NCBI GenBank assembly: GCA_963825055.1
Contig: CAWGSK010000012.1
Coordinates: 544,001-608,000, forward strand
DNA length: 64,000 bases
From: an uncultured Gemmatimonadales bacterium
GTDB lineage: Bacteria; Gemmatimonadota; Gemmatimonadetes; Gemmatimonadales; GWC2-71-9
Direction of reading: 5' to 3'
Of this stretch, positions 46,269-54,262 are shown one piece after another; position 1 is the first letter of the stretch; the number at the start of each line of letters is the position of its first letter. Under the pieces are notes generated by a model. It saw only the letters and a list, made by a program, of their open reading frames with translations, made no database searches and was not told the DNA's origin. Both the position numbers and the translations under genes were made by a program.

Positions 46269-48947
46269 TCAGGCCGTCTGGCGTGTGAGGATGTACTGGA
46301 GGTCGCGCGCACTGCGGCTCTCGGCCCGCGCGGCCAGCGCGAAGGATGATTGCGGATGCAGCCGGACCAGCCGCTCCCATGCGCGCACCGCCTCGGGGAA
46401 CCGGCGCAGTCGTGTCAGGCCGACGCCCGCGTAGTAGAGGCCGTCAGCCCGGTCCGGCACGAGGCGAAGCAGGCGCAGGAAGGCCTCGATGCCACGCTCG
46501 GTCCGCCCCGCGTCGAGCAGGGTGCGGCCGAGCAGGGCGAGCGACTCGAGGTCGGACGGGTCACCCTCGAGCGCGCCCACGAGCAGGCGGATGGCCTCGG
46601 CATGTTCGCTGTTACGCCGGAGGAGGTCGGCGAGCGCGTGAATCGCCTCGGCATACGTCGGCAGGAGGTCGAGCGCGTGCTCGTAGGCCATGCGCGCGGC
46701 GATCCAGTTCTCCCGCCGTTCCTCCAGTTCCCCGAGCTCGCGCCAGAGCTGGGCCCGGCCGGTATCGAGCTGCAACGCGCCCTGGCAGGCCTCGACCGCC
46801 GCGTCCACCTCGCCAAGCTGGGCGCAGATCCGGGCCTGGAGCTGCAGCAGGTCGGCACGACCGGGCGCGCGGGCCCGCCCGGCCCGGATCAGATCGAGGG
46901 CCGCAACGGGATCACCGGTGCGGTGCCGGACCGTGGCTGCCGCCAGCAGGCCGTCGACGTTGCCCGGATCCGAGGCGATCAGGGCCTCGGCCAGGGGCGC
47001 CGCCTCCCGGGAGCGGTCCAACGCCACGAGGGAACGCACCTCGCCAAGCAGCGCGTGAGGATCGTCGCCCAGTACCTCGCGCGCCTCGCGGTAGCGTTCG
47101 AGCGCCTCGCCGTGCAGGCCGCGCCGGGCGTACACGTCGGCCAGGAGCAGCCGGGCGGGCGCCTCGGGCGCGCCGCGCGCGATGGCGCGGTCCACCTCCG
47201 CCGCCGCCCGGTCGAGCATCCCCTTGTGCAGGCAGTCGCGCGCCAGGGCAAGCGGGTCCCCCTCGGGCGCGGGACCCGGCTCTCCCGCCCGCGGCGCGAG
47301 GTCGCGGAAGATCTGGTCGAGCAGCCGGGGGTCGAAGCTGAAGGCCTCGCCCACCTCCGCGGCACTTACGTCGCCGGAGATCTCCGGCACGATGGAGATG
47401 GTCGGGTCCTCGTACTGGAGGTCAATTGTCAGCGAGAACTTCTGCGGCACGTAGTACGGCTCCAGCTCGAGGGCGCGCTTGGTCTCCCGCAACGCCCCGT
47501 CGAAGTCGCCGAGTTGGCTCAGGGTGAAGCTCAGGTTGTAATGCGCGGAGGCGTTGTCAGGCGCGCCGTCCACGGCGCGGGCAAAGGCATTGCGTGCGTC
47601 CTCGAAGCGCTTGAGTTCAGTGAGGACGAGGCCGATTCCGTTCCACGCGAGCGGGTGATCGGTGTGATCCTCGAGCACGCGCTGGAACGCCTCAAGCGCG
47701 AGCTGGAGCCGCTGGCGGTGCAGCAGGAGGAGCCCGAGGTTGAGGCGGGCCGTCACGAGATCCGGCGTGCCCCGCAGGGCTTCCTGGAACGCGTCGGCCG
47801 CCACTTCCGTGTCCACGCCGTGCGCGAGCAGGACGCCGAGGTTGTTCCAGGCGAGGGCATACCCGCCGTCGAGATCAATCGCGCGCCGGTACGAGCGGGC
47901 TGCTTCGTCCCGGCGGCCTGCGTGGTGGAGGCAGACTCCCCGCTCGTTCCAGAGCTTGGGCGAATCCTCGAACTCGCGGATCAGTTCCTCGTAGAGGTCC
48001 AGGGCGGCCGAGAGGTCGCGGCGCAGCAGGTGGACCTCGGCGATTGCCTGCATGGCCAGGCGGCGATCCTCCCCGTGTTCCAGGGCGAGGCGATATTCGC
48101 GGAGCGCCTCGGCGTGGTATCCCTTCTGCCGGAACGCGAGACCAAGGTTGTAGTGGGCGAGGGCGCCGCCCTGGCTGATCCCGGGCCGGGTGGGCCCGGC
48201 TGGGCGGGATTCCCCGACGTGCTCCGGTTCGCGCAGTGAAAGGTTGGTGTGCGCGCGGGCGAAGGTCGGGTTCAGGGCGATGGCCTGCTTCGTGGCCGCC
48301 TTCGCCGCCTCGTGCTCACCGAGATCGCCGTACAGGAAGGCCAGGAGGTAATGCGCGTCGGCGTTGTCGGGGTTCAGGCGCAGCGCCGCCTCGAGCGCCG
48401 TGCGGGCGGGATCGTTCAGGCCGCGGTGGTACAGCGCCTCGCCGAGGTAGAACAGGGCAAGCGGGCTGTCGGGGTCGAGCTCGACGGCATGCTGGAAATG
48501 GTCCGTGGCCGCCTCGAGGTCACCGCTGGCCTTCTCGGCGAGGCCGAGCTGGATGAGGGTGGCCGGATCGTCGGGACGATGGCCCAGCAGCAGGGTGAAC
48601 TCGCGGATGGCCTCGGGGTGGTGGCCCAGGGCGCCGTAGATGCGGCCCAGTTCCCAGCGTGCCTCGAGGTCCTCACCCGAGTCCCGAATCCTCTCGCCGA
48701 GCTCGGCGACGCGACGGTCGTAGTAGCCGGTGTTGCGGTAGGCGATCTCCAGATTGGCCTGCGCGACCTGCATGCGGGGGTCGAGTTCCAGCGCGCGGGT
48801 GAACTCGCTGACCGCCTCCGGGACCAGTCCTTTCTGGAAATAGAGGACGCCCAGGTTGTTGTGGGCGCCCGCGTCGGAAGGGTCGATGCGCCCGGCGAAG
48901 GAGCGGAGGACCGCAAGATCGCGCTCCGACAGCACCTGGCCGGCCAT
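46269..48947 (-). CDS. Large cytoplasmic TPR-repeat protein (892 aa)
   Basis: Many canonical TPRs (AHNNLGVLY, AHYNLGLAF, AWNNLGVLL, AWNGIGLVL, AHYNLSFTL); no signal peptide; central non-TPR acidic segment. Confidence 0.88.
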   Translation of the reverse strand: MAGQVLSERDLAVLRSFAGRIDPSDAGAHNNLGVLYFQKGLVPEAVSEFTRALELDPRMQVAQANLEIAYRNTGYYDRRVAELGERIRDSGEDLEARWELGRIYGALGHHPEAIREFTLLLGHRPDDPATLIQLGLAEKASGDLEAATDHFQHAVELDPDSPLALFYLGEALYHRGLNDPARTALEAALRLNPDNADAHYLLAFLYGDLGEHEAAKAATKQAIALNPTFARAHTNLSLREPEHVGESRPAGPTRPGISQGGALAHYNLGLAFRQKGYHAEALREYRLALEHGEDRRLAMQAIAEVHLLRRDLSAALDLYEELIREFEDSPKLWNERGVCLHHAGRRDEAARSYRRAIDLDGGYALAWNNLGVLLAHGVDTEVAADAFQEALRGTPDLVTARLNLGLLLLHRQRLQLALEAFQRVLEDHTDHPLAWNGIGLVLTELKRFEDARNAFARAVDGAPDNASAHYNLSFTLSQLGDFDGALRETKRALELEPYYVPQKFSLTIDLQYEDPTISIVPEISGDVSAAEVGEAFSFDPRLLDQIFRDLAPRAGEPGPAPEGDPLALARDCLHKGMLDRAAAEVDRAIARGAPEAPARLLLADVYARRGLHGEALERYREAREVLGDDPHALLGEVRSLVALDRSREAAPLAEALIASDPGNVDGLLAAATVRHRTGDPVAALDLIRAGRARAPGRADLLQLQARICAQLGEVDAAVEACQGALQLDTGRAQLWRELGELEERRENWIAARMAYEHALDLLPTYAEAIHALADLLRRNSEHAEAIRLLVGALEGDPSDLESLALLGRTLLDAGRTERGIEAFLRLLRLVPDRADGLYYAGVGLTRLRRFPEAVRAWERLVRLHPQSSFALAARAESRSARDLQYILTRQTA

Positions 48948-48953
48948 CGGGAT

Positions 48954-49574
48954 TCAGGACAGCCGGATGGCGTCGAAGACGGCCCGGAGCGACGCCACGT
49001 CGGGCATGAGCAGGAAGTGGCCGCGCAGTCCCTCGGCCTCCTTGGCGAACTGGAACTCGGTCTCGAGGCAAAAGACGAACTCGCGCTCGTGGCCGAAGTT
49101 CAGGTAGGCGGACGTCAGCACCGCGCCCAGCAGGTCGATTACGAGGCTCGGGACGCTGGGCAGGAGCATCATCCCCATGAAGTCGCTCAGCGCGTTGAGG
49201 TAGGCGCTGCTGAGAATGTTGCCCGCCTCCTTGAGGCCGGACTGCTCCATGACGCCGAAGTCCGTCGTGGTGGGGATGGGCCGCCGGAGGAGAATGTCAC
49301 AGAGCACCTTCGCGGAGTCTTCCGGGAAGAGAATCATGGTGCGTCCCGTCAGGTCGCCCATCATGTGCATGAGCACGGCCGCGACGACATCATCCGTCTT
49401 GCCCAGCACATTGGCGACTTCCTCGAGCCGCGTGATGTTCACCTCGGGGACACTGATCATGATCTTGTGGCCCGTCATCTGGGACAGGGCGGTAGCCGCA
49501 TGCCCCGCGCCGATGTTGGCCACCTCGCGCAGGGCGTCGAGCTGCAGCGCCTCCAGGTTCCGGATGTCGTCCAT
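48954..49574 (-). CDS. cheC: CheY-P phosphatase CheC
   Basis: DALREVANIGAGHAATALSQM and SGLKEAGNILSSAYLNAL (two E-x-x-N sites), FLLMPD. Confidence 0.93.
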   Translation of the reverse strand: MDDIRNLEALQLDALREVANIGAGHAATALSQMTGHKIMISVPEVNITRLEEVANVLGKTDDVVAAVLMHMMGDLTGRTMILFPEDSAKVLCDILLRRPIPTTTDFGVMEQSGLKEAGNILSSAYLNALSDFMGMMLLPSVPSLVIDLLGAVLTSAYLNFGHEREFVFCLETEFQFAKEAEGLRGHFLLMPDVASLRAVFDAIRLS

Positions 49575-49583
49575 ACCCACTCC

Positions 49584-51464
49584 TCAGGTGAGAGCTGCAG
49601 CGTCGAGAATGAGCGCGGGGTGACCATCCCCGAGGATGGTGGCACCGCTGAACACCGGGAGCATGCCCCGGGGCGCATCGAAGGCCTCCACCACGATCTC
49701 GTGCTGGCCCAGAAGCTGGTCCACCACCAGGGCGGCGCGGCGCTCGCCGGCCACGAGGATGATGGTGGGCCGGCGCCCGGTTACCGCCATCGCCGGCGCG
49801 GATATCTCGAGCACGTCGCGCAGGTGGCGCGTGGGGATGACGTCATCCCGGAGCACCAGCGCCTCGCGTCCGCCGAGCGAGGTGACGCGCTCGGGATCGA
49901 ATTGCACCGTCTCCGCCACGTGGGTGAGGGGCACGGCGTACCGCTCCTCGCCCACCCCGGCCAGCAGCACCTTGAGCACGGCCAGGGTGACCGGCAACTG
50001 CATGGTGACCGTCGTGCCCCGCCCGGGATCTGTCCGGAGGCTGACCCGCCCGCCCAGCTGCCGCACGCGGGACAGGACGGCGTCCACCCCCACGCCGCGG
50101 CCGGAGACGTCCGTCACCTGCTCGGCCGTGCTGAACCCGGCGCGCGAGAGGATCCGCAGCAGCTGGTCATCCGGGAGGGTGCGCGCGTCAGGCTCGACCA
50201 GCCCCTCCTTCCGGGCACGCGTGAGGACCCCCTCCCGATCGATCCCCCGGCCATCATCGATCACCCGGATCGCGACGCCCTGACGGTCCCGCGCGGCCGA
50301 CAGCACGATCCGGCCGGCGGCGGGCTTGCCCAGCCGCTCCCGCTCGCGGGCGGGCTCGATGCCGTGGTCCACCGCGTTCCGCAGCAGGTGCAGCAGCGGG
50401 TCGCCGATCTCGTCCAGGATCGCGCGGTCGAGCTCGATATCCCCGCCCTCGATCTGGAACTCCACCCGCTTGCCGAGCTGGCGCGCGAGATCGCGGATAA
50501 TCCTGGGGTAGCGGTCGAACACCTGCCACACCGGAGTCAGTCGCACGGCGATCACTTCGCTCTGGAGCGTGTTCACCAGCCGCGTGATCCTGGCGCTCAC
50601 CGCCTCGAGCTCCGGCGACGCCGAGCCGGTCACGACGTCGGTCAGGCGGCCGCGCGCCACCACCAGCTCACCCATCACGTTCATGAGCGTGTCGAGCCGC
50701 CCGAGGTCCACCCGGATATGCCGGCGGGCGCCGCTGCCGGTCTCGCCGGGCGCGACCTCGGCATGGACAGGCGCCTCACCGATGGCGACCTCGTCGATGT
50801 CACCGGCGGAGCGGATGGCCGCCTCCAGCGCGGCGTCGTCCGCGCTGCCGTCGAAGCGGAACGAGAAGGCGCCATCGAAATCGTCACGCTCGAATGCCGC
50901 GACCGCCGGGCGCACCCCGTCCAGCCGCCCGAGGCCCTCCGCCTTCCGGAGCGCGATCGTCGCGCGGCCGCCGCGCATGATCGCGTCGCGACGGACACGG
51001 ACCCGGACCAGGCGTCCCGCGGCGGGCTCCGCCCTTGACGCGGAAGCCGCGCCGGGCATGGCAATCGGGAACTCGGCCGTGCCCATGCGGGCGGCGGCAG
51101 CATCGAGATCGGAAAGCAGCGACCCGAGATGCGCCCCGGCATCCTCGCCCCTGACGGCGATGTCGATCCCCTGTTCCAGCGCGTCCACCGATCGGAACAG
51201 CAGCTCGAGGACCTCTGGAGAGGCAGGGGTAATCCGCTCGCGCAGCAACGCGAGGAGGTTCTCCGCGCGATGGGCGAGGTCGGTGACGGGCCCGTAGCCC
51301 ATCGTCGCCGCCATGCCCTTGATCGTGTGCATGGCACGGAAGATCCCGCCGACCGGCTCCACCGAAGCCGGGTCGCGCTCCAGCTCCAGCAGGAGCCGGT
51401 TGCACGTCAGGAGATGTTCGCGACTTTCCGCGAGGAACAGCGAGGCGTAGCGGGAGACGTCCAT
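49584..51464 (-). CDS. cheA: Chemotaxis histidine kinase CheA (with P2 domain)
   Basis: Hpt IFRAMHTIKGMAATMG, P2-like region, LDTLMNVMGELVV, HLLRNAVDHGIE, DDGRGID, GFSTA..VSGRGVGVD, P5 CheW-like domain. Confidence 0.96.
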   Translation of the reverse strand: MDVSRYASLFLAESREHLLTCNRLLLELERDPASVEPVGGIFRAMHTIKGMAATMGYGPVTDLAHRAENLLALLRERITPASPEVLELLFRSVDALEQGIDIAVRGEDAGAHLGSLLSDLDAAAARMGTAEFPIAMPGAASASRAEPAAGRLVRVRVRRDAIMRGGRATIALRKAEGLGRLDGVRPAVAAFERDDFDGAFSFRFDGSADDAALEAAIRSAGDIDEVAIGEAPVHAEVAPGETGSGARRHIRVDLGRLDTLMNVMGELVVARGRLTDVVTGSASPELEAVSARITRLVNTLQSEVIAVRLTPVWQVFDRYPRIIRDLARQLGKRVEFQIEGGDIELDRAILDEIGDPLLHLLRNAVDHGIEPARERERLGKPAAGRIVLSAARDRQGVAIRVIDDGRGIDREGVLTRARKEGLVEPDARTLPDDQLLRILSRAGFSTAEQVTDVSGRGVGVDAVLSRVRQLGGRVSLRTDPGRGTTVTMQLPVTLAVLKVLLAGVGEERYAVPLTHVAETVQFDPERVTSLGGREALVLRDDVIPTRHLRDVLEISAPAMAVTGRRPTIILVAGERRAALVVDQLLGQHEIVVEAFDAPRGMLPVFSGATILGDGHPALILDAAALT

Positions 51465-51468
51465 GGTA

Positions 51469-51831
51469 TCACCCGAGGACGCGCTGCACCGCCTCGAGCA
51501 CCCGGGATGGCTGGAAGGGCTTGACGACGAAATCCTTGGCGCCGGCCTGGATCGCCTCGACCACGAGCGCCTGCTGTCCCATCGCACTGCACATGAGCAC
51601 CTTGGCATCGGGATCCGCCTTGCAGATCTCGCGCACCGCCTCGATCCCGCCCATGTCCGGCATGACGATGTCCATCGTGACGAGGTCGGGCTTCAGCTGG
51701 CCGTACTTCTCGACCGCCTGCCGCCCCGTCTCCGCTTCGCCCACGACATCGAAGCCGGCCTGGGAGAGAATGTCGCTGATCATGGTGCGCATGAAGATCG
51801 CATCATCGCAAACGAGGACGGTCTGAGCCAC
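51469..51831 (-). CDS. cheY: Chemotaxis response regulator CheY (Bacillus/Thermotoga-like)
   Basis: CDDAIFMR, PDLVTMDIVMP, MCSAMGQQALVVEAIQAGAKDFVVKPF; GTG start with GGAGG RBS. Confidence 0.94.
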   Translation of the reverse strand: MAQTVLVCDDAIFMRTMISDILSQAGFDVVGEAETGRQAVEKYGQLKPDLVTMDIVMPDMGGIEAVREICKADPDAKVLMCSAMGQQALVVEAIQAGAKDFVVKPFQPSRVLEAVQRVLG

Positions 51832-51914
51832 GCGAACGCCTCCGTGCCTTGTGCCTCGGTGATCCTGCGGCCCAAGCGGGCGGCTCCCGCCGCACTGCCT
51901 GGGAACGACTGCCA

Positions 51915-52355
51915 TCAGCCCCCGAACACGGGAGCCAGTAAGACCTCGGTATCGAGGACGATGAAGACCTCGTCACCGCGCCGACCCACGGCCCCGACGA
52001 GACGTCCGTCCACGCCGGGCAGGTCCTCCCTGGCATCGAGGGCGTCGGCGGAAACCTTCACCAGGTCAGCCACCTCATCCACCAGCAATCCGAGCGGCCG
52101 GCCGGCCACCTCCAGCAGGAGGATGGACGGGTCGTCCGGCGGCGGACCGGCATGGCGACCCAGGACCCGGCGCCCGTCCACGACCGTGACCAGCCGGCCA
52201 CGGACGTTGACCAGGCCTTCGACATTTTCCGGTGCACCGGGAATACGCGCCGCGGCCCCAGCGGGGACAATTTCCCGCACGCTCCGTACCGGTACCGCAC
52301 AGTGCAGGTCCCCGATGCGGAACAGCAGCAGCGACACCTGGGTATGGTCAGCCAT
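51915..52355 (-). CDS. cheW: Chemotaxis coupling protein CheW
   Basis: LLLFRIG, VREIV, IPGAPENVEGLVNVRGRLVTVVD, GLLVDEV; start overlaps the rluD end by 8 nt. Confidence 0.9.
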   Translation of the reverse strand: MADHTQVSLLLFRIGDLHCAVPVRSVREIVPAGAAARIPGAPENVEGLVNVRGRLVTVVDGRRVLGRHAGPPPDDPSILLLEVAGRPLGLLVDEVADLVKVSADALDAREDLPGVDGRLVGAVGRRGDEVFIVLDTEVLLAPVFGG

Positions 52356-53388
52356 GTTGTTCCAGGAAACCAAGATACCGCAACGAAAGACGATCAGCAA
52401 CCAGCCCTGTGCCGGCGGCGGCGGCCGCCAGCAAAGGCCGCAGGTCCTGGGGCCATTCGGAAAGAAATTGCAGCGGCGTTCCGCGGGTGGGATGGCGAAA
52501 GGCCAGCGACGCGGCGTGCAAGGCCTGGCGCGGTGCCAGTCGCTCCAGCCGTTCCGCCTCGGGCCTTCCCGGGCCGCTGATCCGGCGGCTGCCGCCACCC
52601 CCATAGACCGGATCGCCCACTACCGGGTGCCCCACATGGGCAAGATGGACCCGGATCTGGTGGGTCCGTCCGCTATGGAGGGTAAGGTGGAGGAGGTCAA
52701 CCACCCCGAATCGCGCGAGCACCCGGGCATCGGTGCGCGCAGCCCGCCCTCCGTCAAGCACCGCCATGCGCTTCCGGTCCCGGGGATGGCGGGCGACGGG
52801 CGCCTCGATCGTGAGCGGGCTGGCATCGAGGTGGCCCCAGGCGAGCGCGGCGTACTGCCGGATGATCCGGCGGGCGGCAAGGGCGGCGCCGAGGCGGCGG
52901 TGGGCCAGGTCGGTCCGGGCGACCACCATCAGCCCGGAGGTGTCCCGATCGAGCCTGTGCACGATCCCGGGCCGCCCGGCCGCGCCTCCGGAAAGGCTCG
53001 TGCCACGCGCCGCCAGTGCGTTGACCAGGGTGTCGTCCCAGTGTCCGGGCGCGGGATGGACCACGAGGCCCGCCGGCTTGTCGATCACCAGCAGGTCCTC
53101 ATCTTCGTAGACGACATCGAGCGGGATGTGGGCGGGGGTAATGTGCCGGACTTCGCGCTCGGCCGGCATCGTCACGGCAATCGTGTCTCCGCGAAGCACG
53201 ACCCGGCTGGCGCGCGCCGGGCTCTCGTTCACCTGGACCAGGCGGTCGGCGATCAGCCTGGCGGCCTGCGTCCGTGAGATCCCGAGCTGGTCGGCGAGAA
53301 AACGGTCGAGGCGTTCCCCGGCGTCGCGCGCCGCGGTGAAGACGGCGCGCGCGCCCTCAGCCGGCGGAAGCGGATTCCGGCTGGGCAC
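52348..53388 (-). CDS. rluD: RluA/RluD-family pseudouridine synthase with S4 domain
   Basis: RLDRFLA, KPAGLVVHP, GIVHRLDRDTSG, SGRTHQIRVH, GDPVYG, RQALHA. Confidence 0.93.
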   Translation of the reverse strand: MPSRNPLPPAEGARAVFTAARDAGERLDRFLADQLGISRTQAARLIADRLVQVNESPARASRVVLRGDTIAVTMPAEREVRHITPAHIPLDVVYEDEDLLVIDKPAGLVVHPAPGHWDDTLVNALAARGTSLSGGAAGRPGIVHRLDRDTSGLMVVARTDLAHRRLGAALAARRIIRQYAALAWGHLDASPLTIEAPVARHPRDRKRMAVLDGGRAARTDARVLARFGVVDLLHLTLHSGRTHQIRVHLAHVGHPVVGDPVYGGGGSRRISGPGRPEAERLERLAPRQALHAASLAFRHPTRGTPLQFLSEWPQDLRPLLAAAAAGTGLVADRLSLRYLGFLEQHG

Positions 53389-53866
53389 GGCGGGCGTCCT
53401 CCCGCCAGAGCGAGATGGCCAGCGCGATGGCGCCGCAACTGACGGCGACGTCGGCCAGGTTGAAGGTCCACCAGCGGAGGTTGCCGATCCCGAAGTCGAG
53501 GAAGTCCACCACCCCGAAGGGGCTGCGGACGCGGTCGATCAGGTTGCCGATGGCGCCGCCGCAGATGAGCCCCAGGGAGAGCTGCCGGAACCGGTCGCCC
53601 GGTTCGGCCGAGCGCGACATCCGCACCAGCACCACGACGGCCACCACCGCAATGGCGAAGAAAATCCACCGGGAGTAGACACCCAGGTGCAGCCCGAAGG
53701 CTGCCCCCGGGTTGTAGACCAGGCGCAGCTGGAAGAAGTCGCCCAGGACACGCAGGCTGGCCGACCGGAGCAGGGTGGCCTCGGCGAGGAGCTTGCTGGC
53801 CAGGTCGGCCAGCACCACCGCCAGGGCCACGGCCCAGAAGAGCCGCCGGTCAGCGCCGCTTGGCAT
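53357..53866 (-). CDS. lspA: Lipoprotein signal peptidase II
   Basis: DLASK, NPGAAFG, GGAIGNLIDR, VVDFL, FNLADVA. Confidence 0.95.
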   Translation of the reverse strand: MPSGADRRLFWAVALAVVLADLASKLLAEATLLRSASLRVLGDFFQLRLVYNPGAAFGLHLGVYSRWIFFAIAVVAVVVLVRMSRSAEPGDRFRQLSLGLICGGAIGNLIDRVRSPFGVVDFLDFGIGNLRWWTFNLADVAVSCGAIALAISLWREDARRAQPESASAG

Positions 53867-54233
53867 CCTCTTCCGCCTCCTTGCAGGAAATGCAGAGCCG
53901 GGCGTGCGGCAGCGCGTCCAGCCGTTCGAAGTTGATCTCCTGGCCGCACTGATGGCAGAGGCCGAACTTCTCGGGTGCCTGGTACATCCGGCGCAACGCC
54001 TCGTTCACGTGCCAGAGATACCGCCCTTCCTGCGACGCGAAGAGGAACTGTTTCTCCCGCTCCATCGCGTCGGTGCCCTGGTCGGCCATGTGGAACGAAT
54101 AAGACGACAGGTCCCCGTCGGAGGACTGGAGGGTGGCATTGAAGGACTCGTCGTAGTGGCCCAGTTCCTTCATGACCCGGGCACGTTCCTCGAGCAGTCG
54201 CTGCTCGAGGTGGGCGAGCTGTTTCTTGGTCAT
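53850..54233 (-). CDS. TraR/DksA-family C4 zinc-finger transcription factor
   Basis: Coiled coil with HMADQGTD tip; GLCHQCG...ERLDALPHARLCISCK. Confidence 0.9.
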   Translation of the reverse strand: MTKKQLAHLEQRLLEERARVMKELGHYDESFNATLQSSDGDLSSYSFHMADQGTDAMEREKQFLFASQEGRYLWHVNEALRRMYQAPEKFGLCHQCGQEINFERLDALPHARLCISCKEAEEDAKRR

Positions 54234-54262
54234 TAGCGCTTCCGTCTGTGGGTGACGCCGGC

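Noticed and set aside
46350..51038. 629-aa and 929-aa plus-strand ORFs
   Set aside because: Antisense shadows of the TPR gene, cheC and cheA
31931..52355. Genomic island integrated at tRNA-Val or tRNA-Asp
   Set aside because: No integrase, no duplicated tRNA 3' end seen, no evident compositional shift, and the che operon overlaps the housekeeping rluD
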